Shown here piece after piece: positions 35,931 through 49,646 of a stretch of DNA of 64,000 nucleotides; positions within the stretch are counted from its first letter, which is position 1, and each line of letters starts with the position of its first letter. Both the position numbers and the translations under genes were made by a program. Source of the DNA: Camelus dromedarius. Lineage: Eukaryota. The notes below the pieces were generated by a model. That model was not told the origin of the DNA. It searched no databases and saw only the letters and a list, made by a program, of their open reading frames with translations. Location of the stretch: assembly GCF_036321535.1 (NCBI RefSeq), contig NC_087437.1:99512001-99576000 (forward strand), read 5' to 3'.

Positions 35931-38900
35931 TTCATTAGACCTCTTCCAGCTGCCTGACTTTGTGGATGATTCATAAACCTTTCTCATTTAATGAAATGGT
36001 AGGATGCATTGGAATTATCTTTTTGTTCTGTGTAAAAAATAAGATTTTATTGATTCTTCAATTATATAAATCCCTTTGATAGAGTTCAGAACACATCCAT
36101 CCTGCCTCAGAAAGAATTCTGTACCAATTCTATATCAGGTAATACTATGAGAATTATCTATGTATATTATTATGAAACACTTTGTCTTAAAAAGAAAATT
36201 TTTTTATTGTGATATTTAGCACTGCACACTTTAGACTATTAAGCTAGTGACATTTCATGAAATGTGGCCATATTTCCCAGACTTGGCTGTGCTTCATATT
36301 AAGAGCTTGTCATGCAGATGCATAGGCCCTACCAAAGGAACTCTGGTTCAGTATATCTGGATATGGACAAGACCCCAAAGCAGAAAATCCTGAACTATAC
36401 AGGGAAATCACTGATGGAGTCCTCTAATTTTGCAAGTGTTCCTCTTAAACAATGTTTAATTCCTCACCCATTCACTTTGATATATTCAGATACATTCAAA
36501 CTTGCTTTATTGCTTTGTTGGTAAATGTCCCTTTTCAGGGACCTTTGGCATCATGACACATATTCAACCATTTAAAATATACTTAGGTTGACAACAGGCA
36601 ATATTAAGACTCTCTCCTGGATAAAATATAAACATTTCCTTAAGTCTATTACTCTTTTCTTCCCAGACCAAAAAAAAGTCAGGAACTGTACTAACATCTG
36701 ACCTAACAATTGTAAATAAAACTGATGGATGTGATTACTTAAGAAATTTGTTCACAATAAAAAAAAACCAAAAAACATTTTTTGTATACCATAAATATCT
36801 GGGCACTTAGTAAAGATTGTGAATAATAAGGAAAATACAAAGAAGGGACATGAAAACAGATTATTTGGAAAATTATGCAACAATACTGTGACCATTGAGT
36901 TCATTCAAGCAACAGAAATATTAGTCAGAAGCCAAGATCTAGTCGTTTGGGGTTTTCCTAGACTTCAGAACAACTAACATCACTTCATAATGTCAGGTGG
37001 GGCAGTATTCTGAAAAGTCTTTGTTCTGAGGTTTTAGTTGTTTTGATAAAGCCTCAGGCTCAATTTCAACTGAGCCTCAGTTGCAAAATTGTTAGACTAA
37101 AATCTCATCCAAACTGACAAAGTAAGCATCTTATCTCTGCAATTTTCCACAAAATGCAAAGGAAAAGAATAGGTCATGTTACTGACAACATTGCATTTGG
37201 CTGGTAGTTTCTCTGTTGAGCTGGTAGGTGAATTATTTATCATCTCCTTCGATTGCAAAATAGATGCAGTGTAGCAATTCAGAGGTTATTCATATATCCT
37301 CTGAGATTGATACTATGTGTTTACACATTGCACAGGGACATTCATTTTTTACAAAATTATTCTGCTGTAGCTGGAGTCGAAGCCTGAAAGCGTTCGTCTT
37401 ATTTTTTCAGAGGTGGAATAAGAGACAGAGAGTTAGGGAATGCTCTGCCTCAGGCTGTCAGTGTGAATCTCTGAGTTGATTGGAGGCTGGGAAAGTTCAA
37501 GCCTGTCTTCATTTCGCAGGCCAAGATTTCTCTACAAGGCTAATTTTCAACTTAGATTTAAATGTAGCCTTTGATTTCCCTTCATAATGTGTATAAACAC
37601 ATTATGAGCCACCTTTGTCTTTATTTCCGGATTCCTCACCTTCTGCTATTGGAGGCAAAGGAAAAGTCAGGAGAATTTGACTAATTTGAAAAATCACCAA
37701 GTTATTATTGCCCTGGAGCAGGGCACATTTTGAGTTTATCAGTGTGTCATTTTATAACCTCTGATAATGTTTCTATTTCCTGAACCCATCCTCTCATGGT
37801 ATTCCTATTTCTTCCAAAGCAACTCTGTGGAAGAATTATCAGCAAAAATTGTTCTTATGCAATGGAAACACCTTAATTCATTGAAGGTAAAGTAAATCTT
37901 GTCAGTTTTTACGTCAATTTGGAAGATAAAAAATACCCTAAGAGAGTCATATACATAACAGATGTTAGTATTAAGCGAAAGAAAAACTACAAGATCTTTT
38001 TATCTTTAGAAGGAAAATGTGAAATGTCCAAACACTATTTTATTACAATTCTTTGCTATAAATAAGACTAAAGGAGAATCAATAAAATTATTGCACTTAA
38101 GAGGTCATCATGCATCTCCATAAATATTTAAATATCGTTGACGTACAAATGTTTTGCTGTTGCACAGATGTCTTTCAGTGATATATGCAAACAAAAAAAA
38201 TTGCACTTATTTCAGAGTTTTGAATGTGTCAAAAATTCCCTGGTATATTGTTCAGTGGTTACAAGTAGTAAACAACTACTTGCACAATTATTGATTTAAG
38301 ATCATTGTCATCAGATCCTGGTTCAAAGAAGGCAGACACTGTAGTTATAATAATATTATACACATTTTAAACTGTATTTAAGGGACTAAATCACATGGAA
38401 AGACCCCGTGATAGTGGCTTTTATCCCTATTGGTTCTTTTTAAAAACAAACGTTGTAGGCAAGAAGAAAATAAATATGATTTTAAGCACCTTTGAACTAA
38501 ATTTGGTCATGTAAGAATTATTCTTGAAAGTTAGTTTGGTAAATAGATGTTCCAGATTTATAATAAGCAGTATCTGTTAGAGAGTTTTTTTGAGAGTTTT
38601 TAATTTTACCAGACGAGGAAAGGACACTTTTAGTCAATCTAAGATGTGCTGTGATCATACCTAATTAGGGGTATAACTGTAATGATGATGCTAACCGTTG
38701 TCATATTTTCAACATTTGCTTTGTACCAGGCATGTTGCTATGCCCTTTACATTTATACAACTACTATTCTCTTGGACATTTTGCATAAGCGGACTCCACT
38801 CTCAGGAAAATTAGGTAACCTCTCCAAGGTTAGACTTCTCCATAAGTTATACCCATTTCTGCAAATGTCTTCTCTCCTTAGTTAAGCTAAATCTTTGAAA

Positions 38901-39724
38901 ACCTGCCGTGGTCATGCAATGTAATCATGACGTAATGCTACAAGAGTAGTCCCAACTCTTTGGACTTCCTGGATGATAGTAAGGATAATATACTCTAATT
39001 GGGGACATCATTTGACCCTGAGTATAACTGGGCCCAAAGTAATTGTGAGCCTCTTTGTAATGGGCTTTGATTGTATCTGGTTTTCTACTTTGCCATAGCG
39101 AATGGGACTGAATATTTGATAAGAGTCACACTGGTGTAGCTATAAATGTGATCTTACAGATAATGTCATGTGCATCACATGAGGCAGTTATTTAATGAAC
39201 AATGACTGTAAGCATTCTACATTGCCTTCTATTAAAAGTGTTTCATAAGAAAAACTCTTTTGTATTATATGAGATGATGATGGAGTAATTATACAGTATT
39301 TTTTCCAGTGGGAAGATTGTGAAGCGTTCACATTATATAAAAACTAAAGAGATGACAATATAAAGTTCAGTAAAGATGCCACCTACTTCACATTTCCATA
39401 CCCATGACTATTTTCCCCAATGTTCTCTTTTTGTCTAATTTTACTACAAGGAAGTCTGAATGTTCATTGAATTAAGTACATTTAATGTGGTTCCTGATTT
39501 CTAGTTTTCATTGTAACTCAAGTTATTCAGAAAAATTGTGATTTTAAAGTCCTTAGCTTAGAGCTTTAATTTTTCAAAAAAAAAAAAAACTTTAAGAAAA
39601 CATTTATATGCCCTAAGTTTATTGAGTACCACCAGATCTGGGCCAGGTACCTTGCTTGAGACTTGAGGACAGAAATAAATGACTTAGTCTATTAGTTGAG
39701 ATATACAAATTAATAAACCATTAT

Positions 39725-39905
39725 TCACAGCTTTTTGGATGAAGTTCATGATTTCCATATAGATCTGGCAGGAGATTCTTGAAATCTTAAAATTATATGA
39801 AAATCATTGTGGGTCTATAGATATGAACATTTGCCAGGGAGGTGTTCATGGATTTCATTAGATTCTTCAAAGGTTCATTATGTAAACAAAGTTAGGAATT
39901 ATTAA
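39725..39905. mobile_element. Non-autonomous hAT-Charlie DNA transposon remnant
   Basis: gggaggtgttcatggatttcattagattcttcaaaggttc...aaagttaggaattatt resembles old Charlie MITEs. Confidence 0.45.
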
Positions 39906-42900
39906 TCCTCTTCCTCCTTGGTAGTGTTAATTAGTTTTAGTGGTACATTCTTTAATATGTAAAGAAATTTTGGTTCAAAAGCATTGTGACTTGCCTAATA
40001 TCAAATATCTGTTTTAATGGCAATTTAAGATAAGAATAATAAGTTGCCTTTCATGTAGTCGAGAATTGCTTCCTACCATGTATTTACCTCATTAATATTA
40101 TCTTAATTTTTGTTCAAGCTCTAAAATGTTGGCTAGCCATATAGCTTGAAACATTTTTTCCTACTCTCCCTTCATCTGTTAAATGGGAATATGGGCTTTT
40201 ACATGCCTCCATGCTTAATAGGGGAAAATTCCAACCCAGGATTAGATATCTAAACTCTAATTCAGTTTTCATTTCTGCTCAATTTTTGTAAGAAGCAAAT
40301 GACCACCAAAAGTTTTAAAATGTAACTTCCTGGGGGAAACCTAATCTCAGAACATCATTTATCCAAGTCACAATATCTCTGATGACTAGTGATCTTTGAT
40401 CATCATAAAGTAAATCACAAAAGACAGATTTCATTATATCTCCTCTGTTCACTGCCAAGTAGGACAAGGGCTTGAATGAACTGAATTTTAGATATTTCAG
40501 CAGCATTGGGAAAAATGTTCTGGTTAGACATTTAACCAGAACTTTAGTTAATCTGAGGAGCCCATTTTTTATGCATTCTAGTAGTCATCAGTGGTTTGCC
40601 TTGCCTTTTTTGTTTATTTGCTTGTTTAACATTCCAATTTGGTTTCTCCATCAGGAAAATGCTGTTTATCATTTATTAGTGTAAATCAATGCTTTCTTAT
40701 ATGACTCCAGAAACAGTGACTTATCAATGCATGTATACATACACACACACTCACTAGCTAATTTATAATCCTTATATGAGAGCTGCATTAAAGATTTTGC
40801 TTGTTTTTAATTGAAAAATTCGAAAACATGATCTTTTTGAAAACGGTAATGTGCCTTCCTACTTAGTCATTATGAAGAGTAAAGTTCATGTTACATTTCA
40901 TATATTTATCTAACATTTTACTACACTCAGGGCTGAAAAATAGAAGGAAATTAGGTCAGATTTAGCCTTTATAAAAGGCATTTTTACTCTGACAAGCCAC
41001 TGGGTGGAGTACATGGCTAACCCAGAGTCTAATATTACTGTATTGCAGGGCGTTTCTACGCCAGACGAGAGAAACTCCTGATCAATGTTGAGGTTTTGTG
41101 TTTTGTTTTAAAAATCTGGACATGTTTAATGAAGGTTAAATGGCTATAATATAATATCAACATTGAATATGCTCTGGCATTATAACTTTCAATGTTCAAT
41201 CCATCTTCTCTAGACTCGTGGGAGATAAGGTTTGACACCCTGCCTAGAACACTCAAAGAGAATTATTTGGAAGAAGGCCATTTTATGTACTGGTCAAAAG
41301 AGCAGCTGTAATTTGGGCTGAATTAGTGCTTTAACTCTATGTGGAAAAGTCTAAAGCTTATTTTTGATAATGGAATCAAACAGTACCCAGATACTGAATT
41401 TGACTTTACATTTGATGTTGCTCTGATACAGTTTATCTTGGAGATGAGCCCTAATCTGATAATAAAATGAACTGTCAGATGCACTGTGGGACTATTATTG
41501 TCGGTAGCGTTTACCTGAATTTGGTCTTCAGAACTTTATGAATGAGAATGATTTCATAGTTAGTAGGTGTTGGTTCTGTGTGATTTTCAATTTCCCCCAT
41601 TCCTCTCTTGTCTCTTCAATTCTTTGTTTCTGATGCTGGGAAAAAGAAGATAACTGATCAAGTCTAAATATTTCCAGCCTTACAAATTTACTGTGCCTGA
41701 AATTTTGCAGTCCAGTAAAATAATGACATTTTTATAAAACTACGTACACTCTCTAATTCTAAATATATGGGTGCATATCTCAAATAAATATTTTGGGTTT
41801 TTTGTAAGAGAGGATTCTCACCTGACAATTCCTATCTGTTTCTTTTATCCCTTTCATTTGTTTTCCTGCTCACATTATATTTCTTCGTTTCTTCTAAGCT
41901 TTCGGCTCTCAACCTCACCCAATAGCTTTCATGCTTCTAAACCACCCCTCCTGCTCCATTTTCTATTCTAAAATGAATTCTCTTTCATCTGTCTTTTTTA
42001 AATAACCTCATATTTTCACTTCACTTAAATTTTCTTCCCAGTGCTGTTAAAGATTCTTATTTCTCCTTTCCTCCTCACCCCTCCCTACCCCTACCCAAGT
42101 GTAGCATCTCATCTCTTTCTCTATATGAAGCTGTGGTTTACCCAAGGGAGGGACTTTCTCATGCATGCAGCTCAGTGCTGTGATGATTTCAATGGTGCCA
42201 GCATATTTTAACCACATCATTATCATGTAGTCCCAAAGCCTTTCTCACTGAAAACACCATCTTTAAAAGGATTTCATTTCCATTAATCAATTTTGCAACT
42301 TGAGATTCAAGCACGTAAAGCATTTATTACAATGTTCCCTACTTGTTCCCACATTCATTTCATTCTCTTGACTATCTAAGAAAAAGGAATTGTGCAGGGG
42401 TCTTTTCTCTCTCCATGCTTACCTCTCCATTCTGTATCCCACCGAGCCCCCCCAAGTCTATTCTTCCATACAGTAGTTAAATCAGAGCATGCGGCAGGAC
42501 CGCATTGTGTGAACTGGTGGCCACACAAGTACTTTGTATTCACTGGAGGTTTAGAAGTACAGCAGCTGCATATAAATATGCATAGTTGAGAGATTCATGA
42601 TGGTGCCACCTCATTCTAGTGCTGGTTGGCTGCAGTGCAGGCACTACAAATCAATGAACATTTTCCCCATCCATCAGCTGCTCGCTTGCAAGCAGACAAA
42701 ACACTTACAATGCCAGAAACCCACAGAGAGCTCCTTAGTTGAACGAAACCTCACTGTCACAAGATTCAAAATAGCCCTCTCCCTCCCACCCTGAACCTCC
42801 CCAGCTCTCAACCTCAAATGTCTTTTTTATCCAATGTGGATCGCAAGCACTTAAAAATTACACAAGGAAAGAAAGAGAAAAAAAAAAGGAGCAATGATAA

Positions 42901-43851
42901 ATCAGGATTCCGAGGGTCCTCACATTACACTTGTCATAAAACAAAGGATTCTTTGAGCATTAACCCTTTTGGAGAATAAAATAAAGATGAATTTGCTTGT
43001 GTTGACCATACTTCTTTCTAGTTGTAGGGTTTGAGTGTTGAAGCATTTAAGTATGCAAACCATTGTGCCATGCTTTGGCAGACATTTGTAATTTAGCCCT
43101 AGTTCTTTGATGGCTTTGGGTATTGAAGGAGTTATAATATGCTGATATGAAAAAATAAATCATAGATGTATTTAATAAGTAGAAATCATGTTTTCTCCCA
43201 TTGATTTAACAATTTTTGCAGAGGGTTCAGATATCTTTATATTGTCAACCATTCAAGCCATGTAGAAATGTTAATAGAAGCTTTATTTCGCTTAATAAAA
43301 TTTCCTGTGAAATATATTAATGATTCAAATGTATATTTCTTCGTGCAAAGATATGCATTAATTGCATCTAAAGTGCAAATCTAGTTTTCATTTTTAGATA
43401 GATTAACATTAGTAATAAAAATAGTTCATTCTTGTGTAGAATGCGTTCTTAGCGCTTAATCAGTTTGTAACATTTTCTGACAACTTGTCAATCAAGTTAC
43501 CAATAAGAGTAATTATCAATTAATTTCTCATTCATTTTTTCAACTATCTGTCAAATACTTACTGTAGTACTATGGAATATAAAATAATATATAGTTTTTT
43601 CTTTAGTCCCTGTTAAGAAGATGTGAGTATTCCAGTTAGGAAGATTGGAAATAGAGTTATATAAATGACCATGTGACTTTCAAATTTTGAAGGAATCTAG
43701 TTGGGATTTGGCATGTTGAAGATACTTAGTAAATATTTGAAAAGTGTATATGACATACTGATTTTAAACTTTTCTAGCTGATTAATATGTTTGGTTACCA
43801 TATTGCAGGAAGGGTAAAAACAAATAGAGTTAATGTAGTTGTAATTGTCCA

Positions 43852-43980
43852 TAACTATGGCTCAGAGAAGCTGACTGACATGCCCACATTTTGTTTGCTT
43901 ATAAGCAGCAAAACCAAAATTTGACCCCTATCTGCTTAACTTCAGAATCCATCCATTCACTTCCGCTAAGCCATGTTGAA
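43852..43980 (-). mobile_element. MIR fragment (followed by an L2-like piece to ~44105)
   Basis: aactatggctcagagaagctgactgacatgccca...tttgacccctatctgcttaacttcagaatcc. Confidence 0.6.
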
Positions 43981-46896
43981 TTACAAGACAAAATGTGGTA
44001 ATTGCTGTAGTGGATCAGAGGAGGTAAAGATCACTTCCAGCTGGGATGACCAAAGAAGCCATAAATTAAGAAGGAGTAACATTTGAGCAAAGCCGTTGAA
44101 GGACAGGCTCAGCAACAAAGCAGGAACTGCAATCAGGGGAGAGCGCCGGTGAAACTGTATGACTCTGCAAAACAAGTTACCAAACAGACAAAAGACACCC
44201 CTTTCAGTGAAACGGATGCTGTAAATAATGCCACTATTTGAAGAACTGCTAACCAGACTCCTCACTTAGTAGAAATGGAATCCACGGTGATATTTCAGGT
44301 TTCAAAAAGAGGTCAGTTAAACTGTCTAGATCCCCGTTCCTTCATTCCTAAAGTAAGGGTTTGAACCAAGTAACCAATGTAATCTCTTCCAGGGACTTCT
44401 GTTTTATAATACTTTTATTTTTATTTTTTTCAGAATTCAAAACAAAATGCTAGAAGTAGCTGATTTCAGTGTATACCAATTATATAACCTATGTGTAGGT
44501 AATTGTTCTCAGGACACAAAGCATATCCAGATGTTTAGATATCTATATCTAGATATTTATATATTAATAAGTTATTTGCGTTTAACTGGCTAGTCTAAGC
44601 TCTAAATTTAATTTCAGCAGGGCTTTTTTTGGGGGGGAGAACTTGCATTTTCTCCATATTTAGCTTCCTTTTAGTGTTGGAATGGAAAATAATTCTTATA
44701 ATAATTTAATCAACACATAAAAAGAAAGTAAATGTATATTAAGTACATGATAAATGCAAGATTTGGGGATTATGCACTCTCTTATAGTATCTGCTTCTGT
44801 AGTTCAGCTATTGGAGAAGATGGAGAGATGGGAATGTTAGATATTTAAATCATCAATAAAAAGGCATTTTTATAGTATTCAAGTGCTTTTGAATAGATTC
44901 TTGTATTTTCTACTTTTCTAGCCTATAACTCAAATATTCAAAGCAATATTTTGGCAATGTTTATGAAATATGTATCAATGATATATATGTATGTGTATAT
45001 ATCAAATGAATATATTTCATGTTTGTGCACATGCATGAATGCATGTAAACAAGTTAAGGGAACACAAGAACTTAAAAGAATGTTACAATAATTATTTTTT
45101 CCTGACTTCAAATCTTTTTTTTTCTGTCAACATTTTCCCCTAATTTTCCTTCTCAAACAAGAAAAGAGAACAAAGAGAGAGAAGTGTTTTGTTTGAATTT
45201 AGAGTGAGAAGAAAATCAAACATAATTTTTCTCATAATTTTTGCAAAGGCTATTAAAGGGATATTAGTGGGGAGCTCTTCCTTGAATAGAATTGCCCTGG
45301 ATGGAATTCCATCCTGCCATTGTTGCTGCCAAGCACGTTCAGGGGGAACTGGATGTTGTGAGCGTCCCAGACTCTTTCATTTTCCATCTCACTGTTTCTC
45401 TTATGTCCTAAAGTAGTATGTTTTAGTAAATAACTATTTGATTCCAATCTATTTGAAATTGAGCTGAATTTATTAGGTTTGTTTTAGTGATTTGAATTAA
45501 ATTGAACCCCACTTACAGCAACAGTGCAGTGCTTTGATCATTTTAATTCTGGTTCTGATCTTAAGTGGGGATGGTTTAAGCTCATTTTGGTTAAATCAGT
45601 TTATGGTCAAATTGGCTAATCTTCTTAACAAATATTTACTGAGCACCAACTATATTCATTAGCTTTGAGTCTTGTTAAGATGAAAGGAAATATAACAAAG
45701 TTTCAGACATGATGGCTTATAGTTATGTTGAGAAATAATATTAAATCATTGAAAAGTTAACCAATTTATGGTCTTAAGTACATGAATGCCAAATGAGTGA
45801 CAAGGTATAAGAAGTCCTTTGGAAGTTCAGAGACCAGGAACTTACGTAAGTCCTGGCTTTGTAACTAGGCAATACTGGCACCACTTTCTAATGAGAGAAA
45901 ACTCTCAAGATAAATTTGCCCTTCAGTGCATTTTTAACAGATGCAAGTTGAAAACCACTGCTCCAAGCAATGAAAGTAGTTGAAACAATTTGCGCACATA
46001 ATCACTTAATAAAAAGTGACTGAACCTGGAGCAACGGGTAGATTACAGTAAATTTTACTATCATAACATGAGAAAAACCCTCCATTCAGAAGATACAAAT
46101 AATACCCTGTAGGTATGACCTTAAGTTAGAAAACTAGCTCTATAAAGGCGTTTCTGGAGGGAAGCCTGAGTTACTCTTCAGTAGGGTCAATTGATTTCTG
46201 TCAAAGAAAACTGCCAGACTTACACCCTGTAAAAATTAGTAACAAATATTATTTAGAAATTTTAAAACCAGTCATAGAATTAAATGTATTTCAAGAAAAA
46301 AGAATATTAATAAATACCAAGGAAATACAACAGCACCTTTAGACTGGAACTTGGATAAAATGTTAACCTAATAGCCCTTACGTCTTCCCATTTTTCTTAG
46401 TTACCATCTACATAATCATCTGTCTGAGTAAGCAGGATGTTAGGTTGGAACCAACATTCATGTGTGAATTGCTTTAAATTAGTCCATTTTTACCCTCTCA
46501 GTAAACTTGAAAATGTGTTTTAAATCATATAAATCTCCAATTTCTCAGAACAATATGTAAAGTAATAATTGTTACCAAACCTATCTTTTAGAATTGTGAG
46601 GGTTCTGCACGAAGTAAATGAGATTGCTCTAAAAATGGTGAAGCCCACACTTGAGACATTGGCATTACTGTAATATTACCTGCTTTGTTCTATGATACTT
46701 CTGTTCTAATGTTCAAATAGTCAGGAGTGAGTATGTTTTAAATTCTACCTTTTAATACATTTCCTGTAGGCAGAAATTGCATTTCTGAAGTTTTTTTCTC
46801 CTCTTATAAAGTTGGTTAAAATTTTGTCTGATATATAAATTTATTATTTTAATCTGTGGCTGGAGGAAAGGTGAAGGCATATTTAAACAAATTATA

Positions 46897-47092
46897 GAGG
46901 GGAGGGTATAGCTCAGTGGTAGAGTGTATACCTAGGATGCAGGAGGTCCTGGGTTCAATCCCCAGTACCTCCATTAAAATAAATAAATAAACAAATAAAT
47001 AAATAAAACTAATTCCCTCCCCCCCCCAAAAAAAAACCCCACAAACTAAATAAACAAGAAGATAAATAAAAGTTGGAAAGATAAGAAAGAAA
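46897..47092 (+). mobile_element. Full-length camelid tRNA-derived SINE with A-rich tail
   Basis: Pol III A box tagctcagtggtag and B box ggttcaatccc, plus an (AAAT)n tail. TSD taaacaaattata (46884-46896) / taaactaattata (47093-47105). Confidence 0.9.
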
Positions 47093-47844
47093 TAAACTAA
47101 TTATAAAATCTGTCACTAGAAATGTAACGTGTGAGCTTTTTGATAGTTTATTGAGCACTGTATTCCAAAACCATGTTATTTCTTAAAATCTAAGTCTTTT
47201 GAAGAGGTTGAGGATCGAATATCTTAAGATTTAAAAATCATTTTATATTTAAAACTTACCATTGATTCCACAATAAAGTGTTACATGGCAGATATATTAT
47301 TAGTTAAATAAACATAAATTTGACTAAAAATTTAATTTTGACTAAATAGACATTCCATTGTCAGTGTCCATGCACTGTATATTTAGTTTTCAAATGAAAT
47401 TTTGGCCACCCGAAAAAAACCTAGGTTTAGGAACTCATCTTACTCACAACATGATTTATTCATTTCTTCTTAAGTTACTTGGGTCCAAATAGTAATTTGA
47501 AATAATATTCATCTGTGAATTGAAAAATATGGGGTTATTTTAAATTTCCCATTTCCTAACTCTATCACTTACTGGGTCTCATAGACAAAGCAAGGAAATT
47601 TCCACCTGTATAGTCAGGGTAATTCTCTGGGTTTTAGCATGAGACCTAGGAAGCTCAGCTTCTAACTGTACCACATTATGCCTAGGGCATGTTATTTTAT
47701 CTCTAAGGTTCCTGCTCTATAAAAGTAGAGGTTATATCATTTCTTTCCAAATTTCTTGTAAAGAAGAAAAGGGATATGTGTCACACAAATGAACTAGCTT
47801 GATGCCTACCCCTTGCTGGATACTTAGAAATTATTAGGGTTGCT

Positions 47845-48260
47845 ATTCATCCATCCATTCTTTAGGTATTTTTCCATCAAGTACTGTGTTAGGAAGTGAG
47901 AATATGAAGATGGATCAGACACATTCTCTGCCTTTAAGGAATGTTCAACATGGTGGATGAGAGAGAGATGGGACAGACCAAAGTGGTAGGCAATTACAAT
48001 ACAGTTTTAGTGAGTAGGCTGAAGGGTAAGCAGAAAGAGCTAACATAAAAATGTTTGACTCAGATTTAAGAGAGCTGAGTATTGGTTTAATCATTCATCC
48101 CTTAACAAGTATTTATTTAGTGCTTACTGTATACTAGTCATTGTCCAAGAAAAACAGATACTGTGTGTTCTGCAGGAACAGGTATCATTTTGTGGGAGAA
48201 GAGAGTATTCTAATAATTACTACAATAAACATAAAGTCACAACTGTAACAGTTGCTACTG
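47845..48260 (-). mobile_element. Two L2 3' fragments (a further L2-like piece resumes at ~48850-49000)
   Basis: attcatccatccattc...; tcattcatcccttaacaagtatttatttagtgcttactgtata. Confidence 0.55.
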
Positions 48261-48267
48261 AGTAACC

Positions 48268-48483
48268 CAGTGCTTCTCAACTGAGAGTGATTTTGCTCCT
48301 CCCAGGAGACAACTGGCAATGTCTGGAGAATTTTTGAGTTGTCACAGCTGAAGGAGTGCTACTGGCATCTAATGGGTAGAGGGCATGGATGCTACCTAAC
48401 ATCCTACAAGACATAGTATAGGACCCCAAAATAAAGAATTATCTGGGTCTGAATGTCCACTGTGCCAAGTTTGAGAAATCATG
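48268..48483 (+). mobile_element. MER20 (hAT-Charlie), near full length
   Basis: cagtgcttctcaac...tgattttgctcctcccaggagaca...ggcaatgtctggaga...gctactggcatcta...aaagaattatctgg...ttgagaaatcatg. Confidence 0.85.
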
Positions 48484-48595
48484 AAGTAATTCCACCACCC
48501 TTTACATAATACAAGTCCATGACGGCAAAGGTGGCTCTCTTTTTTACACTGACATATCCCCAGTGCCTAGAAATGTGTCTGTCATATAATAGGTA

Positions 48596-48808
48596 CAGGC
48601 ATTCCTCAGTATCCACAGGGGACTGGTTCCAAGATCCACCACAGATACCAAAATTCATGGACGGTCAGGTCCCATAGTCACCCCACATCCATGGGTTCTG
48701 CATGGGCGGATGCTGCATCCCTGGATTCAACCAACCAAGAATCGTGAGCATACTATGCAGTTAGTTAAATCCATGGGTGTGGTACCCATGATTACAGAGG
48801 ATCAACTC
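48596..48808 (+). mobile_element. TcMar-Tigger MITE (MER2/MER8-like) inserted at TA within a + strand L2 3' end (~48510-48840)
   Basis: ta|caggcattcctcagtatccacaggggactggttccaagatcc...gataccaaaattcatgga...gatcaactc|ta. Confidence 0.75.
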
Positions 48809-49592
48809 TATTTCATGAATATTGGTAGGGTAAATGAATTTGTTGTGAGTAACAACCTGAAAAAGTGAATAGCATATTCAAAGGTCTGGGCTTAGAGTAA
48901 GTAGGAGCTGAAAGGAGGCTAGTGAGTCTGGAATCAAAGCAAGCAAGAGGATGGTTCCACAGAGAAAACCAATGAGAATGGGCTTATAGATATTTAAAAT
49001 CTATTTGCAAATCTCAATCACTTCGTACGTAAAATCTAAATTGTTTCTCCTGAAATTTCATATAGTTTCTTTTTGTTCTGTTCTCATTGAAGAACATGTT
49101 ATACATGTTTAAGTAAATCCAACTCTTTTCTTTTTTCAAAGAAGTCTAAAATATACTCAGCCTATCATTTTTGTCTTTGCTAATTTCTGTTTTCCAAGTT
49201 CTCAGATTTGTGATCTAGATCAAGAGCACCAAAGAAGAATCATTTAATGACTTAGACAATTTTGTATGTTAAGAACAGATAACTCTGAGAGGGACTTAGT
49301 TCCTTAGAGCTGTAGTTCTTGGGGCGTGGGTAAGATGCTGGAGCAGAAATAGGATGATTATTTCAAAAAAGCTGCACAACCATCTATTCCTGCCATTTGC
49401 ATCCAACCAGAAAAGTGGAACATTACTTTCTAATGATGCCTACATTATAAATATTTTCCGTTCTTCTTTAGCAATGGAGAAAGAATTAAACAGTTTGTGA
49501 ATTATACCTGGTAAAAATAAGACTGATAGTGATTACACTTGTGAAAATTTAAAACATATTATGGATCAGCAAAAGCACCAACATATTAGAAG

Positions 49593-49646
49593 CTCTCTCT
49601 CTCTGTCTCTGTCTGCCTGTCTGTCTGTCTGTCTGTCTCTCTCTCT
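49593..49646 (+). repeat. (CT)n/(GTCT)n microsatellite
   Basis: Read directly from sequence. Confidence 0.9.

Noticed and set aside
44963..45020. Imperfect ~58-nt hairpin (atgaaatat...tgatatata / tatatatca...atatttcat) as a pre-miRNA
   Set aside because: Low-complexity AT/TA sequence pairs trivially, and there is no resemblance to a miRNA I recognise.
46899..46972. tRNA gene (A and B boxes, cloverleaf-like)
   Set aside because: It has an A-rich tail and a TSD and matches the camelid SINE head, so it is a SINE rather than a tRNA gene.
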